A stretch of DNA of 64,000 nucleotides from an uncultured Chromatiales bacterium (GCA_964449305.1 CAYUYM010000004.1:2305-66304), one strand, 5' to 3'; positions 50,585 to 61,493 are shown, counted from the stretch's first letter. Made by a program: numbers and translations. The notes: generated by a model from the letters alone, not told the origin.

Positions 50585-51913
50585 TCACCGCTCCACGACG
50601 CGCACCGGTCGGTCCTCCCATGCACGTGCGGCAAGCCCGGCGGCCCGGTCAAGCAGCCGCCGTCTCTCCCTGGCCGGCACCCGTGGAGTGAACGACACCA
50701 GATAGCCGGGAATTCCGACACTGTCTCCTGCCTCCCCGGGAATTGCGGGGGAGAAGATGACCGTCCGCATCTCCGGAAACGCGCTTCGGACAAGCTCCGC
50801 TGTGCGGCTGATTCGCAGGCTGTCGTCACGGCGTTCCCGTTGACGAAGGGAATCCGATTGTGCGCTGCCGGCACTCGCGGCACGCAGCACGACGCGCTGC
50901 ATCTCCCCCTGGAGTTGATGGAAATCGTCCACCGACACATCGCTCTGGATGAGCTCCAGACGGATTGCCCCGAGGTCCTGTTCCGCGAGCCGACGCTGGA
51001 GAGAATCCAGCTCGCCCAATGCGACATGCCTTCCCGCCACATACACCTGGAGCACCTGCCCAGCCGTGTCGCGGATCACCTCCCATTGAAGGGCGGACCT
51101 TCCCGGGCGTTCGATGACCTCCGACACGTAGCGTGCCACCCGGGCATCCCGGCGAAGATCCACCACGGTCTCGTAGAGGAACCAGATGCTCGGCAGCATG
51201 GCAACGAGGGCCACGAGAAACACCACGCGGTGCTCGACGCGTCGCTGCCGGGGATTCGACTCCTGATGATGGGGGAAGCGCAGGAAGCGGACAACGAGAA
51301 AGGTGGCGACAGCGATGAAGATGGCGTTGAGGGTGAACAGATACATCGCCCCGAGCACGAAATTCCATCGACCGCTCGCGATGCCGAATCCCGCTGTGCA
51401 GAGCGGCGGCATGAGCGCGGTGGCGATGGCCACACCGGGCAGGGCAAGGCTCGGCGAGCGTCGACTGCCCGCCACGATGCCCGCGATGCCTCCAAAGAAG
51501 GCGACCCCCACGTCGAGCAGCGTGGGATGGACACGGGAGAGGAGCTCCGGCGTCGCCTCCGCCAGGGGCGAGATCGTGAAATACACGACGCTTGCCAGGA
51601 GACTCGCCGCCATCCCGAGCGTCAACTCCCGGAAGGATCGTTGCAGGAGATGCCGGTCCGTGACGCCCATCGCCATGCCCACGCCGAGGATGGGCCCCAT
51701 CAGCGGGGAGATGAGCATTGCACCGATGATCACGGCGGTGGAACTCGTGTCGAGACCGATGCTCGCGAGGATGGCCGAGCAGATCATCAACCAGACATTC
51801 TCTGTCGTGAGGGATGCGCCCTGGGCGATGCGCTCCACAGTGCCCGCATGGTCGGTGCCTGCGGCAAGGCTGATGCGCTCACGAAGCGATGCGAGGAAGT
51901 GATGAGGGGTCAT
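50585..51913 (-). CDS. DUF389-family integral membrane protein with a C-terminal soluble domain
   Basis: N-terminal ~250 aa have DUF389-like multi-TM repeats (GAMLISPLMGPILGVGMAMG). The C-terminal ~180 aa are charged. Confidence 0.65.
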   Translation of the reverse strand: MTPHHFLASLRERISLAAGTDHAGTVERIAQGASLTTENVWLMICSAILASIGLDTSSTAVIIGAMLISPLMGPILGVGMAMGVTDRHLLQRSFRELTLGMAASLLASVVYFTISPLAEATPELLSRVHPTLLDVGVAFFGGIAGIVAGSRRSPSLALPGVAIATALMPPLCTAGFGIASGRWNFVLGAMYLFTLNAIFIAVATFLVVRFLRFPHHQESNPRQRRVEHRVVFLVALVAMLPSIWFLYETVVDLRRDARVARYVSEVIERPGRSALQWEVIRDTAGQVLQVYVAGRHVALGELDSLQRRLAEQDLGAIRLELIQSDVSVDDFHQLQGEMQRVVLRAASAGSAQSDSLRQRERRDDSLRISRTAELVRSAFPEMRTVIFSPAIPGEAGDSVGIPGYLVSFTPRVPARERRRLLDRAAGLAARAWEDRPVRVVER

Positions 51914-52098
51914 GATGCGTCCTCATTTGGTGAAACCCGTATCGTGCATGTCGACCAACCCGACATGTGCATGGAAGATACATCCGGGGTTCGGGATCCG
52001 CCATGCATGAGGAAACGAATCGGGAATGTGTGATGTTTGGAGCATGACGGTTCGCCGTCCCGGTCCTGACATCACCATTCACATCATTCGGAGTCATC

Positions 52099-52590
52099 AT
52101 GCTGTCCAACGACATGCTGAACATCCTCAACGAGCAGATCGGCGAGGAATTCTATTCGTCCAACCTGTACCTTCAGATGAGCGCCTGGGCCCAGGCCAAC
52201 GGTTTCACCGGTACGGCACGCTTTCTTCATGAGCACGCCGCGGAGGAGCTGAGCCATGGTCTCAAGTTCTTCGACTTCATCAACGAGACCGGTGCCATGG
52301 CCATCGTGCCCGCCCTTGCCGCACCGCCACAGGAATTCTCCTCTCTCCTCGCACTGTTCGAGCAGATTCTGGAGCACGAAAAGCACATCACCAAAAAGGT
52401 CTACGCTCTCGCGAACCTTGCGCATGACCAGAAGGACTTCTTCACCTTCAACTTTCTCCAGTACTTCATCACCGAGCAGCACGAGGAGGAGAATCTCTTC
52501 AAAGGCATCCTCGACCGCGTCCGCATGATCGGCATGGAAGGCCGAGGCCTCTTCCTCATCGACAAGGAGATCGGGAAACTCCAGCACTGA
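52099..52590 (+). CDS. ftnA: Non-haem bacterial ferritin
   Basis: Ferroxidase-centre ligands at the expected positions (E..EE.YSSNLY ... EELSHG ... QHEEEN). 163 aa. Confidence 0.88.
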   Translation: MLSNDMLNILNEQIGEEFYSSNLYLQMSAWAQANGFTGTARFLHEHAAEELSHGLKFFDFINETGAMAIVPALAAPPQEFSSLLALFEQILEHEKHITKKVYALANLAHDQKDFFTFNFLQYFITEQHEEENLFKGILDRVRMIGMEGRGLFLIDKEIGKLQH

Positions 52591-52819
52591 TCGAAGGCCG
52601 TGGGCGGCGGAGGGGCGCAGACGGGAATCCGTGAACGGGATCCCATCTCTGCGCTCCTCCACGTATGGGGGTGCCTGATTGAAGCGCCCTTGCCCACTGA
52701 GCTCTGTCCACGGGACCAGCGCCGCTCCGTCTCCTGCTCCTGGGTGGGTGCGATGCGACTTGACTCGATGATGCCACTTCTGCATATTTCGCCACTGATT
52801 CTGCATTCAAAGGCTCCCC

Positions 52820-53860
52820 ATGCATCGACGTGTTGTCTTCATCATCATCCTGTCCTTCCTGCTTGCGCCGCGCATTGCCGAGGCGCAGAGCACGGGCTTC
52901 GGGAAATACGCAGGCGAGTTCATGGCCACGGGCATCGGCTCGCGCGCCCTTGCCATGGGAGGCGCCCAGGTGGCCGTGGCGAACGACGTCACCGCGGCCT
53001 ATTGGAATCCCGCGGGCCTGATGAATGTCCAGTATCCCGAGCTGGGGCTCATGCACGAACAGCGCTTCGGCGGGCTGCTGAACTACAACTACGGCGGAGT
53101 CGTGTGGCCGCTCTCGGCAGCGAACACGCTCGCGCTCACAGTGACGCGCAGCGGCGTGGACGACATCCCCGACACACGCAACGCCCTCATCGACCTCAAC
53201 AAGAATGGCATCCTCGATCCCAACGAGCGCCTGGACTACAGCAAGATCACCAACTTCAGCGCGGCGGACTGGGCGGTGTACTTCACCTATGCCACCAGGC
53301 TCCAGTCGCGCCTCCATGCCGGTGTCAACATCAAGTTCATTCAGCGCAGCATGGGCGGCAATTCCGCCTATGGTGTGGGCTTCGATGTCGGCGTGCTCTA
53401 TCAACTGATGCCCGCCCTGCGCATCGGCGCCACGGTGCAGGACGTCACCACCACGCTCATCGCATGGGACACCAAGCGCAACGATCTCATCTCACCGACA
53501 CTCAAGCTCGGCGCGGCCTATGACTGGGAGGTGCTCGGCGGCTCCATCACACCGGCTGTCGATTTCGACGTGATGTTCGAGAACCGGCAGTACGCTTCCA
53601 CCATGCACCTCGGCCCCGTGAGCATCAACCCCCGCCTCGGTCTCGAGTACATGTACAGCAACCTCATCGCCGTGCGCGCCGGCATGAACGACATGCAGCA
53701 GCTCACCTTCGGCGCCGGCGTCCACCTGCCCAAGCTCTGCATCGACTATGCCTTCGGCGAGAACCCCATGGCATCGGATCTCGTCAAGGAGGCGTCACAC
53801 CGCATCTCGCTGCGCCTCGTGCTTGAGGAGAAACGCTTTTCCCGCCCAACCAACCGGTGA
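52820..53860 (+). CDS. Outer-membrane beta-barrel protein, FadL-like PorV/PorQ family (T9SS-associated)
   Basis: Signal peptide, N-terminal GxGxRALAMGGAQVAVANDVTAAYWNPAGL (FadL/PorV N-terminal hatch motif), alternating-strand beta-barrel and a C-terminal aromatic-rich strand. Confidence 0.6.
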   Translation: MHRRVVFIIILSFLLAPRIAEAQSTGFGKYAGEFMATGIGSRALAMGGAQVAVANDVTAAYWNPAGLMNVQYPELGLMHEQRFGGLLNYNYGGVVWPLSAANTLALTVTRSGVDDIPDTRNALIDLNKNGILDPNERLDYSKITNFSAADWAVYFTYATRLQSRLHAGVNIKFIQRSMGGNSAYGVGFDVGVLYQLMPALRIGATVQDVTTTLIAWDTKRNDLISPTLKLGAAYDWEVLGGSITPAVDFDVMFENRQYASTMHLGPVSINPRLGLEYMYSNLIAVRAGMNDMQQLTFGAGVHLPKLCIDYAFGENPMASDLVKEASHRISLRLVLEEKRFSRPTNR

Positions 53861-53866
53861 CCGTGC

Positions 53867-54550
53867 ATGATGACGACACATCCCCCCTTCAACCGTGAGC
53901 GTCGCCTCACGGTTTTTCTTTGCGCCCTCATCCTCGTCTCCACCACGCTTTTCTCCGCCTGCGGTGGAAGGAAGGAGGCCTCGGCTTCACAGGAGGAGAC
54001 CGTCGACACCTCGGACGTCTACGTTCAGGAGGTGACGCTCGACCGCAAGCGGAAGGATCTTCACTTCCTCCGCGACGAGGCCTCTCCGCTGAAGGCATCC
54101 GACAAGGGATCCTTCACAGGCCTCGCGTATTTCCCCGTGTCGCGCAGCTACGCCTTCCGCACCGCGCTGCATGCGGAGACGCCGCCTGTGGAGGTGACCA
54201 TCGCCACATCGAAGAACCGGCCGCGCACCATGCTGCGTGTCGGCTGGCTGCCCTTCGTGATCGAGGGCCGCGAGCTGCGCCTCTGGGCCTATGCACCGAA
54301 GGACACCTCCGACGGCTTCTACTGGTTCGTGCCCTTCACCGATGCCACCACCGGAGGGGAGTCCTACAGTGCCGGCCGCTTCCTCGAAATCGAGGATGTG
54401 ACGGCCGATTCCGTCTGGCTGGATTTCAACTACGCCTACAACCCCTACTGCGCCTACAACGAGGCATACGACTGCCCCATCCCTCCCGAAGAGAACCGCC
54501 TCCCCGTCGCCATCCGCGCGGGTGAAAGGACCCACGGAGCCGGGCATTGA
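53867..54550 (+). CDS. DUF1684-family lipoprotein
   Basis: Lipobox LFSACGG. The C-terminal LDFNYAYNPYCAYNEAYDCPIPPEEN block is characteristic of DUF1684. Confidence 0.7.
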   Translation: MMTTHPPFNRERRLTVFLCALILVSTTLFSACGGRKEASASQEETVDTSDVYVQEVTLDRKRKDLHFLRDEASPLKASDKGSFTGLAYFPVSRSYAFRTALHAETPPVEVTIATSKNRPRTMLRVGWLPFVIEGRELRLWAYAPKDTSDGFYWFVPFTDATTGGESYSAGRFLEIEDVTADSVWLDFNYAYNPYCAYNEAYDCPIPPEENRLPVAIRAGERTHGAGH

Positions 54551-54657
54551 TCCCCGCACGACGCGCTGCCGGAAGCTCTCGAGCACAGCCCCCGCACCAT
54601 GCCATGAAAGACACCATGAGCGGATCGTCCCCTGAACACGATGCCCCCGCACCACGC

Positions 54658-55287
54658 ATGGCCGGCCTCGCGGGCCACCCCGTCGCCACGGCGTTTGCCC
54701 TGCTCACATTTGCCGCCTGCCTTCTCGCGGCATGCAGTGGCACACCCGACCCCGGTCCCCGCCCTGCAGCAGGCGCGGCCTACCGCTACGCCTCATCGGC
54801 TGCGATGACCACGGCGCGCATCGCCACGCCCGACAAATCCCTCTCCGTCCTGCTCCCCCGCGGCTGGAAGGAGACCGCCGATCCCGAGGGTGCCCCGGCC
54901 ATCGTGCTCTGGATGGTGCGGGAGGACTACGCCGGCTCCATCTCGTTTCAACCACTCTCCATGGATCCGGGCCTCTATTTGAAGCTCCGGCGCGACGGAC
55001 TCGTCGCCATCGCCAAGGTGAGCCTGAGCCTCAAACGCCAGCGTGCACAGGATTCCATCCTCGTGGTGCAGCCACCAGAGACGTTCACGCAGTCCGGCCG
55101 CCCGTTTGCCGCTTACGAATACAGCATCGACCGCGGAAGGACGGTGATCCGCATCGTGGTGTTCGACAGCGGGACGCGGTTCTTCGAATGTGCGCTCATG
55201 CCGTCGTCCGGCATCGCCTCGGCGGGAGACAACCGTGATCTGATGGAGGTGCAACAGTCCGTGCTTGCGACGCTCGAGGCGCGATGA
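54658..55287 (+). CDS. Hypothetical lipoprotein (start ambiguous: 54658, 54604, or a TTG at 54547 overlapping the upstream stop)
   Basis: Signal/lipobox LLAACSG after [21 protein letters not shown]. No family recognised. Confidence 0.55.
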   Translation: MAGLAGHPVATAFALLTFAACLLAACSGTPDPGPRPAAGAAYRYASSAAMTTARIATPDKSLSVLLPRGWKETADPEGAPAIVLWMVREDYAGSISFQPLSMDPGLYLKLRRDGLVAIAKVSLSLKRQRAQDSILVVQPPETFTQSGRPFAAYEYSIDRGRTVIRIVVFDSGTRFFECALMPSSGIASAGDNRDLMEVQQSVLATLEAR

Positions 55288-55748
55288 TCATTTCGCCGCA
55301 TGAATACTGGATGGATGCCGCCCTGCGTGAGGCGGAGCGTGCGTTCGAGGCCGATGAGGTGCCCGTGGGTGCCGTGGTGGTGCGCGACGGCAACATCGTG
55401 GGCCGCGGGCGCAACGAGGTGGAGCGCCTCAAGGATCCGACGGCCCATGCCGAGATCCTCGCCATCACCGCCGCCGCGAACACCATCGGCGACAAGCACC
55501 TCGACAACTGCGTGCTCTATGTGACGCTCGAACCCTGCCCCATGTGTGCCGGCGCCATCGTCCTCGCGCGCATCCCCGTGCTCGTGTTCGGTGCCTACGA
55601 TCCGAAGGCGGGCGCCTGCGGCACGCTCTACTCCATCGTCGAGGACCGACGCCTCAACCACGGCGTGCATGTCATCCCCGGCGTGCGTGACGAGGAGGCC
55701 TCATCGCTGCTGCGCGTCTACTTCCAGCAGAAACGGCGGTCGTCATGA
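55284..55748 (+). CDS. tadA: tRNA-specific adenosine-34 deaminase
   Basis: CDA fold zinc ligands HAEILAI and PCPMCAGA. 154 aa. The ATG overlaps the upstream stop. Confidence 0.92.
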   Translation: MIISPHEYWMDAALREAERAFEADEVPVGAVVVRDGNIVGRGRNEVERLKDPTAHAEILAITAAANTIGDKHLDNCVLYVTLEPCPMCAGAIVLARIPVLVFGAYDPKAGACGTLYSIVEDRRLNHGVHVIPGVRDEEASSLLRVYFQQKRRSS

Positions 55749-56677
55749 CGCTCACCGGGATGCTCGCGCGGAAAACCCCGCTCATCCTCGACTCGGCCAT
55801 GGGCACCGAGCTGCAACGCCTGGGTGTGGACTGCTCCCCGCCGCTCTGGTCGGCGCGCGCCATCACCGCGGCGCCGCACATCGTGCGGAACATCCACTAC
55901 CACAACCTCCTCGCCGGCGCCGACATCCTCACGGCCAACACCTTCCGCACCACCCCTCGCGCCTCTGCCCGCGCAGGCACGGAGGGCGGATGGGAGGAGC
56001 ATGCCGTCCAGGCCATCGGTGCGGCGCATGTGGCACGCGAACGCCACCGTTCCACACGCCCCGTCCTCATCGCCGCCTCCATCGCGCCGCTGGAGGACTG
56101 CTATTCCCCGGAGTTGACACCGCCGGATGCGGAGCTTGAGGATGAGCACGGACGCATCGCATCGACGCTCGCCCTCGCCGGCGTTGATTTCCTTCTCATC
56201 GAGACCATGCCCACGATCCGCGAGGCAGCGACTGCTGCACGCGCCGCTGCGGCGACCGGGCTGGAGACCGCGGTCAGCTTCGTCATCGGCTCCGATGGTC
56301 GCCTCCTCTCCGGCGAAACCATCGGTGACGCCGTGGCGGCGGTGCTGCCGTACACACCGGCCGCCATCCTCGTCAACTGCCTGCCTGTGGCCGCCTGCCT
56401 CGATGCCCTCGCCGCGCTCCGTGCCGCCACCCCGCTGCCCATCGGCTGCCACGCGAACACCGGCGATCCGACCTGCGTCCCCGCCACAGGCATCGCGTGC
56501 GGCATAACCCCGCGCGACTATGGTCGCGCCGCGCTGCTCTGGCGCGATGCAGGCGCATCCATCATCGGCGGGTGTTGCGGCACCACGCCCGCGCACACAC
56601 GCGCCGTGCACGACGCCCTGTTCCCCGACACCGGCCGACCCGATCCCCAGCAACCCTTCACGCCCCCGCCCCCATGA
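55745..56677 (+). CDS. mmuM: Homocysteine S-methyltransferase (Pfam S-methyl_trans)
   Basis: N-terminal LDSAMGTEL, a mid-region TNTF and a C-terminal GGCCGTTP zinc-ligand motif. 4-nt start/stop overlap with tadA. Confidence 0.85.
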   Translation: MTLTGMLARKTPLILDSAMGTELQRLGVDCSPPLWSARAITAAPHIVRNIHYHNLLAGADILTANTFRTTPRASARAGTEGGWEEHAVQAIGAAHVARERHRSTRPVLIAASIAPLEDCYSPELTPPDAELEDEHGRIASTLALAGVDFLLIETMPTIREAATAARAAAATGLETAVSFVIGSDGRLLSGETIGDAVAAVLPYTPAAILVNCLPVAACLDALAALRAATPLPIGCHANTGDPTCVPATGIACGITPRDYGRAALLWRDAGASIIGGCCGTTPAHTRAVHDALFPDTGRPDPQQPFTPPPP

Positions 56678-58335
56678 GCCCATCCCGCCCTCTCCTGCTG
56701 ATCCTGCTGTTCATCGTCCAGACCGGCGCATCGCTCCATGCGCAGACGGAACAGGGTTCCACACAACCCATCCGCAAGTGGATTGTCACACTCGACGCGG
56801 ACGTCACGAAATTCTATTCCGACTTCGTGGACAACCGCTTCTCCAACGGTGGCGCACTCTCGGTGAAGCACCACCTTCTGTCCCTGCCGGATGACCAGGC
56901 CATCTATGGCGCCATCATGTTGGGGAACTACGACCTGCAGTGGCGTGCCACGAAGGAATTCCTCGCAGTGAACGACACCTCGGTGGTGCACCCGGGCGAG
57001 ATCAACCGCACCTACATCGCGCCCATCCAGTTTCTCGCATTCTGGAAGACGGCCATCGGGTCGCGTGCGGAACTGTTCCTTGGGACGGGCCTCGAGTTTG
57101 CCTACTTCTCCCCGCAGAACGAGCGCGGCTATGCGTTGCCGCGCCAGCAGGAGCGTTACGGCAACTGGACCATCGGCATTCCGGTGTCGGCGCAGTTCGA
57201 ATACATCCTGTCCGACAACCTCGCACTCAACCTCCACGCGGCTTATCACGCCACCTTCTCCGATTACCTCGACAACTATTCGGTCGCGGCGCACGCCGAC
57301 ACCTACCTCACCGCCGGCCTCGGCATCAGCTACTTCTTTCCGGCCGCCACCACCGACAGTGACTACGATGGCATCAGCAACGAGGATGAGCGCAGCAAGA
57401 CGCACACGGATCCCTTCAACCCCGACACCGACAACGACGGACTCAACGATCGTGAGGAGATCATCGCCAAGACGCATCCACTTCTCCCCGACACCGATGG
57501 CGACGGCCTGCGTGATGGTGAGGAGGTGCACCGCTGGGGCACCAACCCTCTCTCGGGTGACACGGACGGTGACGGCCTGGGCGACATGCAGGAGACGGTG
57601 CGCGGGACATCTCCCACGCTTGCTGACACTGACAGCGACGGACTCAACGACCGCGTCGAGGTGTCGCGTGGCACAGATCCGCTGCGCGCCGACACCGACA
57701 ACGACGGCATCCCCGACGGTCTCGAGACCACCTCCAGCCCGCTGATCCGGGACACCGATGGTGACGGGGTGCCCGATGGCGAGGAGAGCGCGCTGTCCCT
57801 GCGACAGACGGACGAGGACTTCGACAGCGACGGGCTGTATGACGGGGTGGAGCTGCGCATCGGCACCGATCCCAAGCGGCCCGACACCGACAACGACGGC
57901 GCCACCGACTATGCGGAACACTACGCGCTCATGACCGATCCCCGCAATCCCGACTCCGATGGCGACGGGGTGCCAGACGGATCCGATCCCACGCCGCTGG
58001 AAAAGACGCAGCTCAATCCCGTGCGCGATGTGGAGTGGAATCTGACCGACATCTTCAAGCGGGAGGACAAGGTGGATGAACTGTCGAAGAACTTCATCCT
58101 GCTTCTGCACCTCATTCGCAGCGCCCCACGCACCATGCTGTCCGGCATCACCATCACCGTGTATGGCGGGGATGCGATGACAGCCATGACACGCAAGGTG
58201 AACCTAGAAGCCTTCGTGCAGAAGATGACGCAGTCGTGGCTCATCCCTCCGGTCCTGTTCGAATCCGAGGTGACGGCAAAGCGGGGGCTCGACGCGCATC
58301 TTCTCTACGAGTGGAACCCCGCCTTCACACGCTAG
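56674..58335 (+). CDS. Outer-membrane protein with an N-terminal beta-barrel, ~12 thrombospondin type-3 (DxDxDGxxD) calcium-binding repeats and a degenerate OmpA-like C-terminal region
   Basis: Signal peptide [24 protein letters not shown]. Repeated PDTDNDGLND / DTDGDGLRDGEE / DSDGDGVPDG units. The ATG overlaps the mmuM stop. Confidence 0.78.
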   Translation: MSPSRPLLLILLFIVQTGASLHAQTEQGSTQPIRKWIVTLDADVTKFYSDFVDNRFSNGGALSVKHHLLSLPDDQAIYGAIMLGNYDLQWRATKEFLAVNDTSVVHPGEINRTYIAPIQFLAFWKTAIGSRAELFLGTGLEFAYFSPQNERGYALPRQQERYGNWTIGIPVSAQFEYILSDNLALNLHAAYHATFSDYLDNYSVAAHADTYLTAGLGISYFFPAATTDSDYDGISNEDERSKTHTDPFNPDTDNDGLNDREEIIAKTHPLLPDTDGDGLRDGEEVHRWGTNPLSGDTDGDGLGDMQETVRGTSPTLADTDSDGLNDRVEVSRGTDPLRADTDNDGIPDGLETTSSPLIRDTDGDGVPDGEESALSLRQTDEDFDSDGLYDGVELRIGTDPKRPDTDNDGATDYAEHYALMTDPRNPDSDGDGVPDGSDPTPLEKTQLNPVRDVEWNLTDIFKREDKVDELSKNFILLLHLIRSAPRTMLSGITITVYGGDAMTAMTRKVNLEAFVQKMTQSWLIPPVLFESEVTAKRGLDAHLLYEWNPAFTR

Positions 58336-58340
58336 GCGAT

Positions 58341-60899
58341 TCAGTTGACGAATTTCACGATCACGAGTGTCATGTCGTCATGGATGGGATGGCCGGAGCC
58401 GAAGGCCGCGATATCCTCGAGGATGCGGGTCTTGATGGCCTCGGCGGATTCCTCTGCATGGGCCCGCAGGATGGCGGTGATGGGGTCGATGCCGAACTGC
58501 TCCCTGTCGGGATTCTCCGCCTCGGTGATGCCGTCGGTCATGAGGACGAGGATGTCGCCCGGGTCGGGCGACAGTGCATGCTCCTCGAGTGACTGCCCGA
58601 GCATCCTGTCGTCGAGGCCGATGCCCAGCCCCTGGGGCTGGTGGTGCACCACGTCGTGTGTGAGAGCGCGGTAGTGGAGCATGGGGAGGTGGCCGGCGCG
58701 CACGAAGGTGGCGGTGCGGTTGAGCAGATCGATGCGCAGCGCCGAGAGCGTCACAAACGAGCTTCGATCCAGCTGATCCATGGCCTGGTTGTTGAGCCGC
58801 ACAAAGAGCTCCCACAGCGTGGTGGTGAATGACTGGATGACGCGGATCATCCCCTGGATGCGTGACAAGTGCAATGCGGCGGAGGTGCCCTTGCCCGAGA
58901 CGTCGCCGATGAAGATGGTCAGATGCGGATGTGCCACGGTGAGGTCGTAGAAATCACCGCCCACCTCGTAGGCCGGAGTCGATGACACGGCAATGTCGAG
59001 CCCCGGGAACACCGGCACCTCATTGGGCAGTGATGAGAGCTGGATGCGCCGGGCGATCTCGAACTCCCGTTTGAGGTGTTCACGCTCCTTGACTCCGTCG
59101 TAGAGAGCGATCACCTCGAATGCCGAGGTCATCTGTGTGGCGAGGTACTGCAGCAGCTCCACATCCTCCCGGCTGAAGGCCGTCTCGGCCTGCTTCTGCA
59201 TGAGGGCAAGGACGGCCACCGGCTCATCCTTCACGAACACCGGCATGACGAACTCCACCTCGGTGCCTGTCAGCACATCCTCGAGGCAGCTCCCCTGCAG
59301 CGTGTGCGGTGTGGGCCGTGCGATGAGACCCTCGTGGATTGCATCGGTGCGGGGGAAGGACGGAGGGAGTCCGTTGCTGTGCATCTCACACTCCGCCCTG
59401 CGGTGGAAGCGTCCCGATCCGAGTACATAGAGGGCGGCGCCCTTGACATGGAGCATGCCACAGATGCTCATCACCGCCTCGCGCGCCAGCTCTCCGGTGT
59501 CGGTGAAGCGAGTGGCGAAGGTGCTGAACACCTGCATGGCCTTCTTGAAGTCGAGTGTTCCGCGGTAGAATTTTTCGTCGAGGAAGCGCAGGGCGCGCCT
59601 GTAGATGAGGACGACCGCAAGGAGGAGCACGCCTCCCGTGGCCAGTGCCAGGCGCTGCTGAAAGGCCGCCTGTTCCGCCGGGGGAAGGGATTCAGGCCAG
59701 ATGAGCTCGATGGTGCGCGTGGTGATCTGGATGGAGGGGATGTTCCACGTGCCGGAACTTGCAAAGTACATCGCGGCAAAGTAGGACGCGGCGAGCACGA
59801 TGGTGAGCGCGGTGAGGTAGAGGGAATAGGCGAGGCTCTTGCGCACGGTGAAGTACAGGCCGAAGACGCGGTACCGGGCGATGGTGATGAAGAAGGCGGC
59901 GGGGAGGAAGAGGGAGAGGGGGAGAAGGAACTGTGCCGGCGCCCAGGAATAGGACACGCCGCGGGCGATCATGTACACCACCGCCAGCCATCCGGCGATG
60001 GCCACGGTGCGGGCGCGCTTCGCATGGTCCGGGTTCACAAAGCCCGCATGCTGCCTGCGCAGGAGAATCTCGTTGGTCGTGATGATGCATGCCGTGGCGA
60101 TGAACACGACCCAGAAGTTCGGTGGGAACAGAAGCCACACGATGGCGAAAAGGGTCGGCAGGGTGTAGATGGCCGCGTACTGCCCCGCGGTGATCCGGCT
60201 GTCGAAGCGACGCACAGGGAAGACGATCAGCAGATGCGACACCGTCGCCATCGTGAACCCCCACGAAAAGGGGAACAGGAGCGCGCGGACGGCGGTGAAC
60301 AGGTCCGGATAAAACGACATGATATATCCGGACGAGATGGAGAAAAAGAAGGCGAAGGACAGGCACGCCCATCCGAAAAGTCGGGCCGTGGGATCCGTTG
60401 GCTTGGAGGAGAACACGAGCGCGCCAAGCAGATAGAAGGCAGCAGCCATGAGGACGTCGAGGATGCTGGGGAACGACAGTCCGTAGGCCGCGAGGACGAT
60501 GGAATGCACCGATGTCTGCCCGTCGCGCAGGATGGTGTATTCCAGCTTCTTTCCCCCATACCCCTGGACAATGTAGGAGTTGGCCTCGTAGGCTGTGTGC
60601 ACAGGGTTGTTGTTCACCGCCAGGATGATGTCGCCCACCTTCAGTCCAGCAACATCGGACGCTCCGCCCTTGTCGACGTAGGTGATCAGCACGCCCTTGG
60701 GGCTGTTGATGTAGAGGTTCTCGTCGGAGACGATGGAGGCAAGGCGGTAGATGTGCACCACGCTGTAGGTGACGCACAGGAGGAACATCGTGAAGAACAC
60801 TGTGCGCGCCAGAGTGGGATGGGCGGTGTAGGCTGCCTGCGTTCCGCGTATCACGCGTCCGGCAATGCGTTTGATCGATCCGAAGACTGCGGTTTTCAC
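58341..60899 (-). CDS. Membrane-integral PP2C/SpoIIE Ser/Thr phosphatase with an N-terminal PDZ domain and ~10 TM helices
   Basis: GTG start preceded by GGAGG. PDZ domain (GLKVGDIILAVNN). C-terminal PP2C motifs (VGGDFYDL, IGDVSGKGTSAAL, MTDGITEA). Confidence 0.85.
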   Translation of the reverse strand: MKTAVFGSIKRIAGRVIRGTQAAYTAHPTLARTVFFTMFLLCVTYSVVHIYRLASIVSDENLYINSPKGVLITYVDKGGASDVAGLKVGDIILAVNNNPVHTAYEANSYIVQGYGGKKLEYTILRDGQTSVHSIVLAAYGLSFPSILDVLMAAAFYLLGALVFSSKPTDPTARLFGWACLSFAFFFSISSGYIMSFYPDLFTAVRALLFPFSWGFTMATVSHLLIVFPVRRFDSRITAGQYAAIYTLPTLFAIVWLLFPPNFWVVFIATACIITTNEILLRRQHAGFVNPDHAKRARTVAIAGWLAVVYMIARGVSYSWAPAQFLLPLSLFLPAAFFITIARYRVFGLYFTVRKSLAYSLYLTALTIVLAASYFAAMYFASSGTWNIPSIQITTRTIELIWPESLPPAEQAAFQQRLALATGGVLLLAVVLIYRRALRFLDEKFYRGTLDFKKAMQVFSTFATRFTDTGELAREAVMSICGMLHVKGAALYVLGSGRFHRRAECEMHSNGLPPSFPRTDAIHEGLIARPTPHTLQGSCLEDVLTGTEVEFVMPVFVKDEPVAVLALMQKQAETAFSREDVELLQYLATQMTSAFEVIALYDGVKEREHLKREFEIARRIQLSSLPNEVPVFPGLDIAVSSTPAYEVGGDFYDLTVAHPHLTIFIGDVSGKGTSAALHLSRIQGMIRVIQSFTTTLWELFVRLNNQAMDQLDRSSFVTLSALRIDLLNRTATFVRAGHLPMLHYRALTHDVVHHQPQGLGIGLDDRMLGQSLEEHALSPDPGDILVLMTDGITEAENPDREQFGIDPITAILRAHAEESAEAIKTRILEDIAAFGSGHPIHDDMTLVIVKFVN

Positions 60900-61073
60900 G
60901 GTGCCTCCAATGTCTCACTCCTTCCACGATAAAAATGCAGCAATGTTGCGAGCTTTCCACGCAAACCCATGATCGATTGCCCTCCCAGGGCCTGCTCACG
61001 CCGGTCATCTGTCATGGAATGAGGCGTTGGCGCCGCTTCGACGCGCCGGGCGGAACGCGACATCTGTCAGGAA

Positions 61074-61493
61074 CTATCTGTCCGTTGCGAGGAAGGCGGC
61101 GTAGAGGACGATTGCCGCGAGGCCGATGACGAGGATGACGCCGAGGACGGTGAGCAGGAACTGCCCCGTCGTCTTGCTGCGGCCGGTGCCGGCAGCGGAG
61201 GAGATGTCGAACCAGGAGACGGTGGTGTCCTTCTGCGTGAGGATGCCGTCGGAGGGCCAGATGCGTGCTGGACCGGAAACACCACTCCATGTGAGCGTGT
61301 AGCCCCCGTCCTGGAAGGCGACCACCGCGTTGTTGCGTGTCTCGAGGCGGAGTTCATCGGGGCCCATGGGGGGGGCGCCCGGCATGGTCCGCATCCCGGA
61401 TTGTGCCATGCCGCATCCACCGGCCACAAGGGCGAGCGTGACGAGGATCGGGATGAACAGGATGGAGATGATGCGTCGATGGGTCATGGTCAC
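61074..61493 (-). CDS. Hypothetical lipoprotein with a C-terminal TM helix
   Basis: Lipobox LVAGGCG and a C-terminal hydrophobic helix (LLTVLGVILVIGLAAIVLYAAFL). Confidence 0.55.
   Translation of the reverse strand: MTMTHRRIISILFIPILVTLALVAGGCGMAQSGMRTMPGAPPMGPDELRLETRNNAVVAFQDGGYTLTWSGVSGPARIWPSDGILTQKDTTVSWFDISSAAGTGRSKTTGQFLLTVLGVILVIGLAAIVLYAAFLATDR

Noticed and set aside
52606-52657. Long imperfect hairpin in the 229-nt spacer between ferritin and the PorV-like gene; considered as an sRNA or riboswitch
   Set aside because: No conserved riboswitch consensus recognised. It may simply be the ferritin terminator or a 5'-UTR structure, and cannot be resolved without conservation data.
57360-58000. 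Highly repetitive DNA encoding DTDGDG/DTDNDG units, considered as a tandem-repeat element or CRISPR-like array
   Set aside because: The repeats are in-frame thrombospondin type-3 calcium-binding repeats within a single ORF, not a nucleic-acid-level spacer/repeat array.
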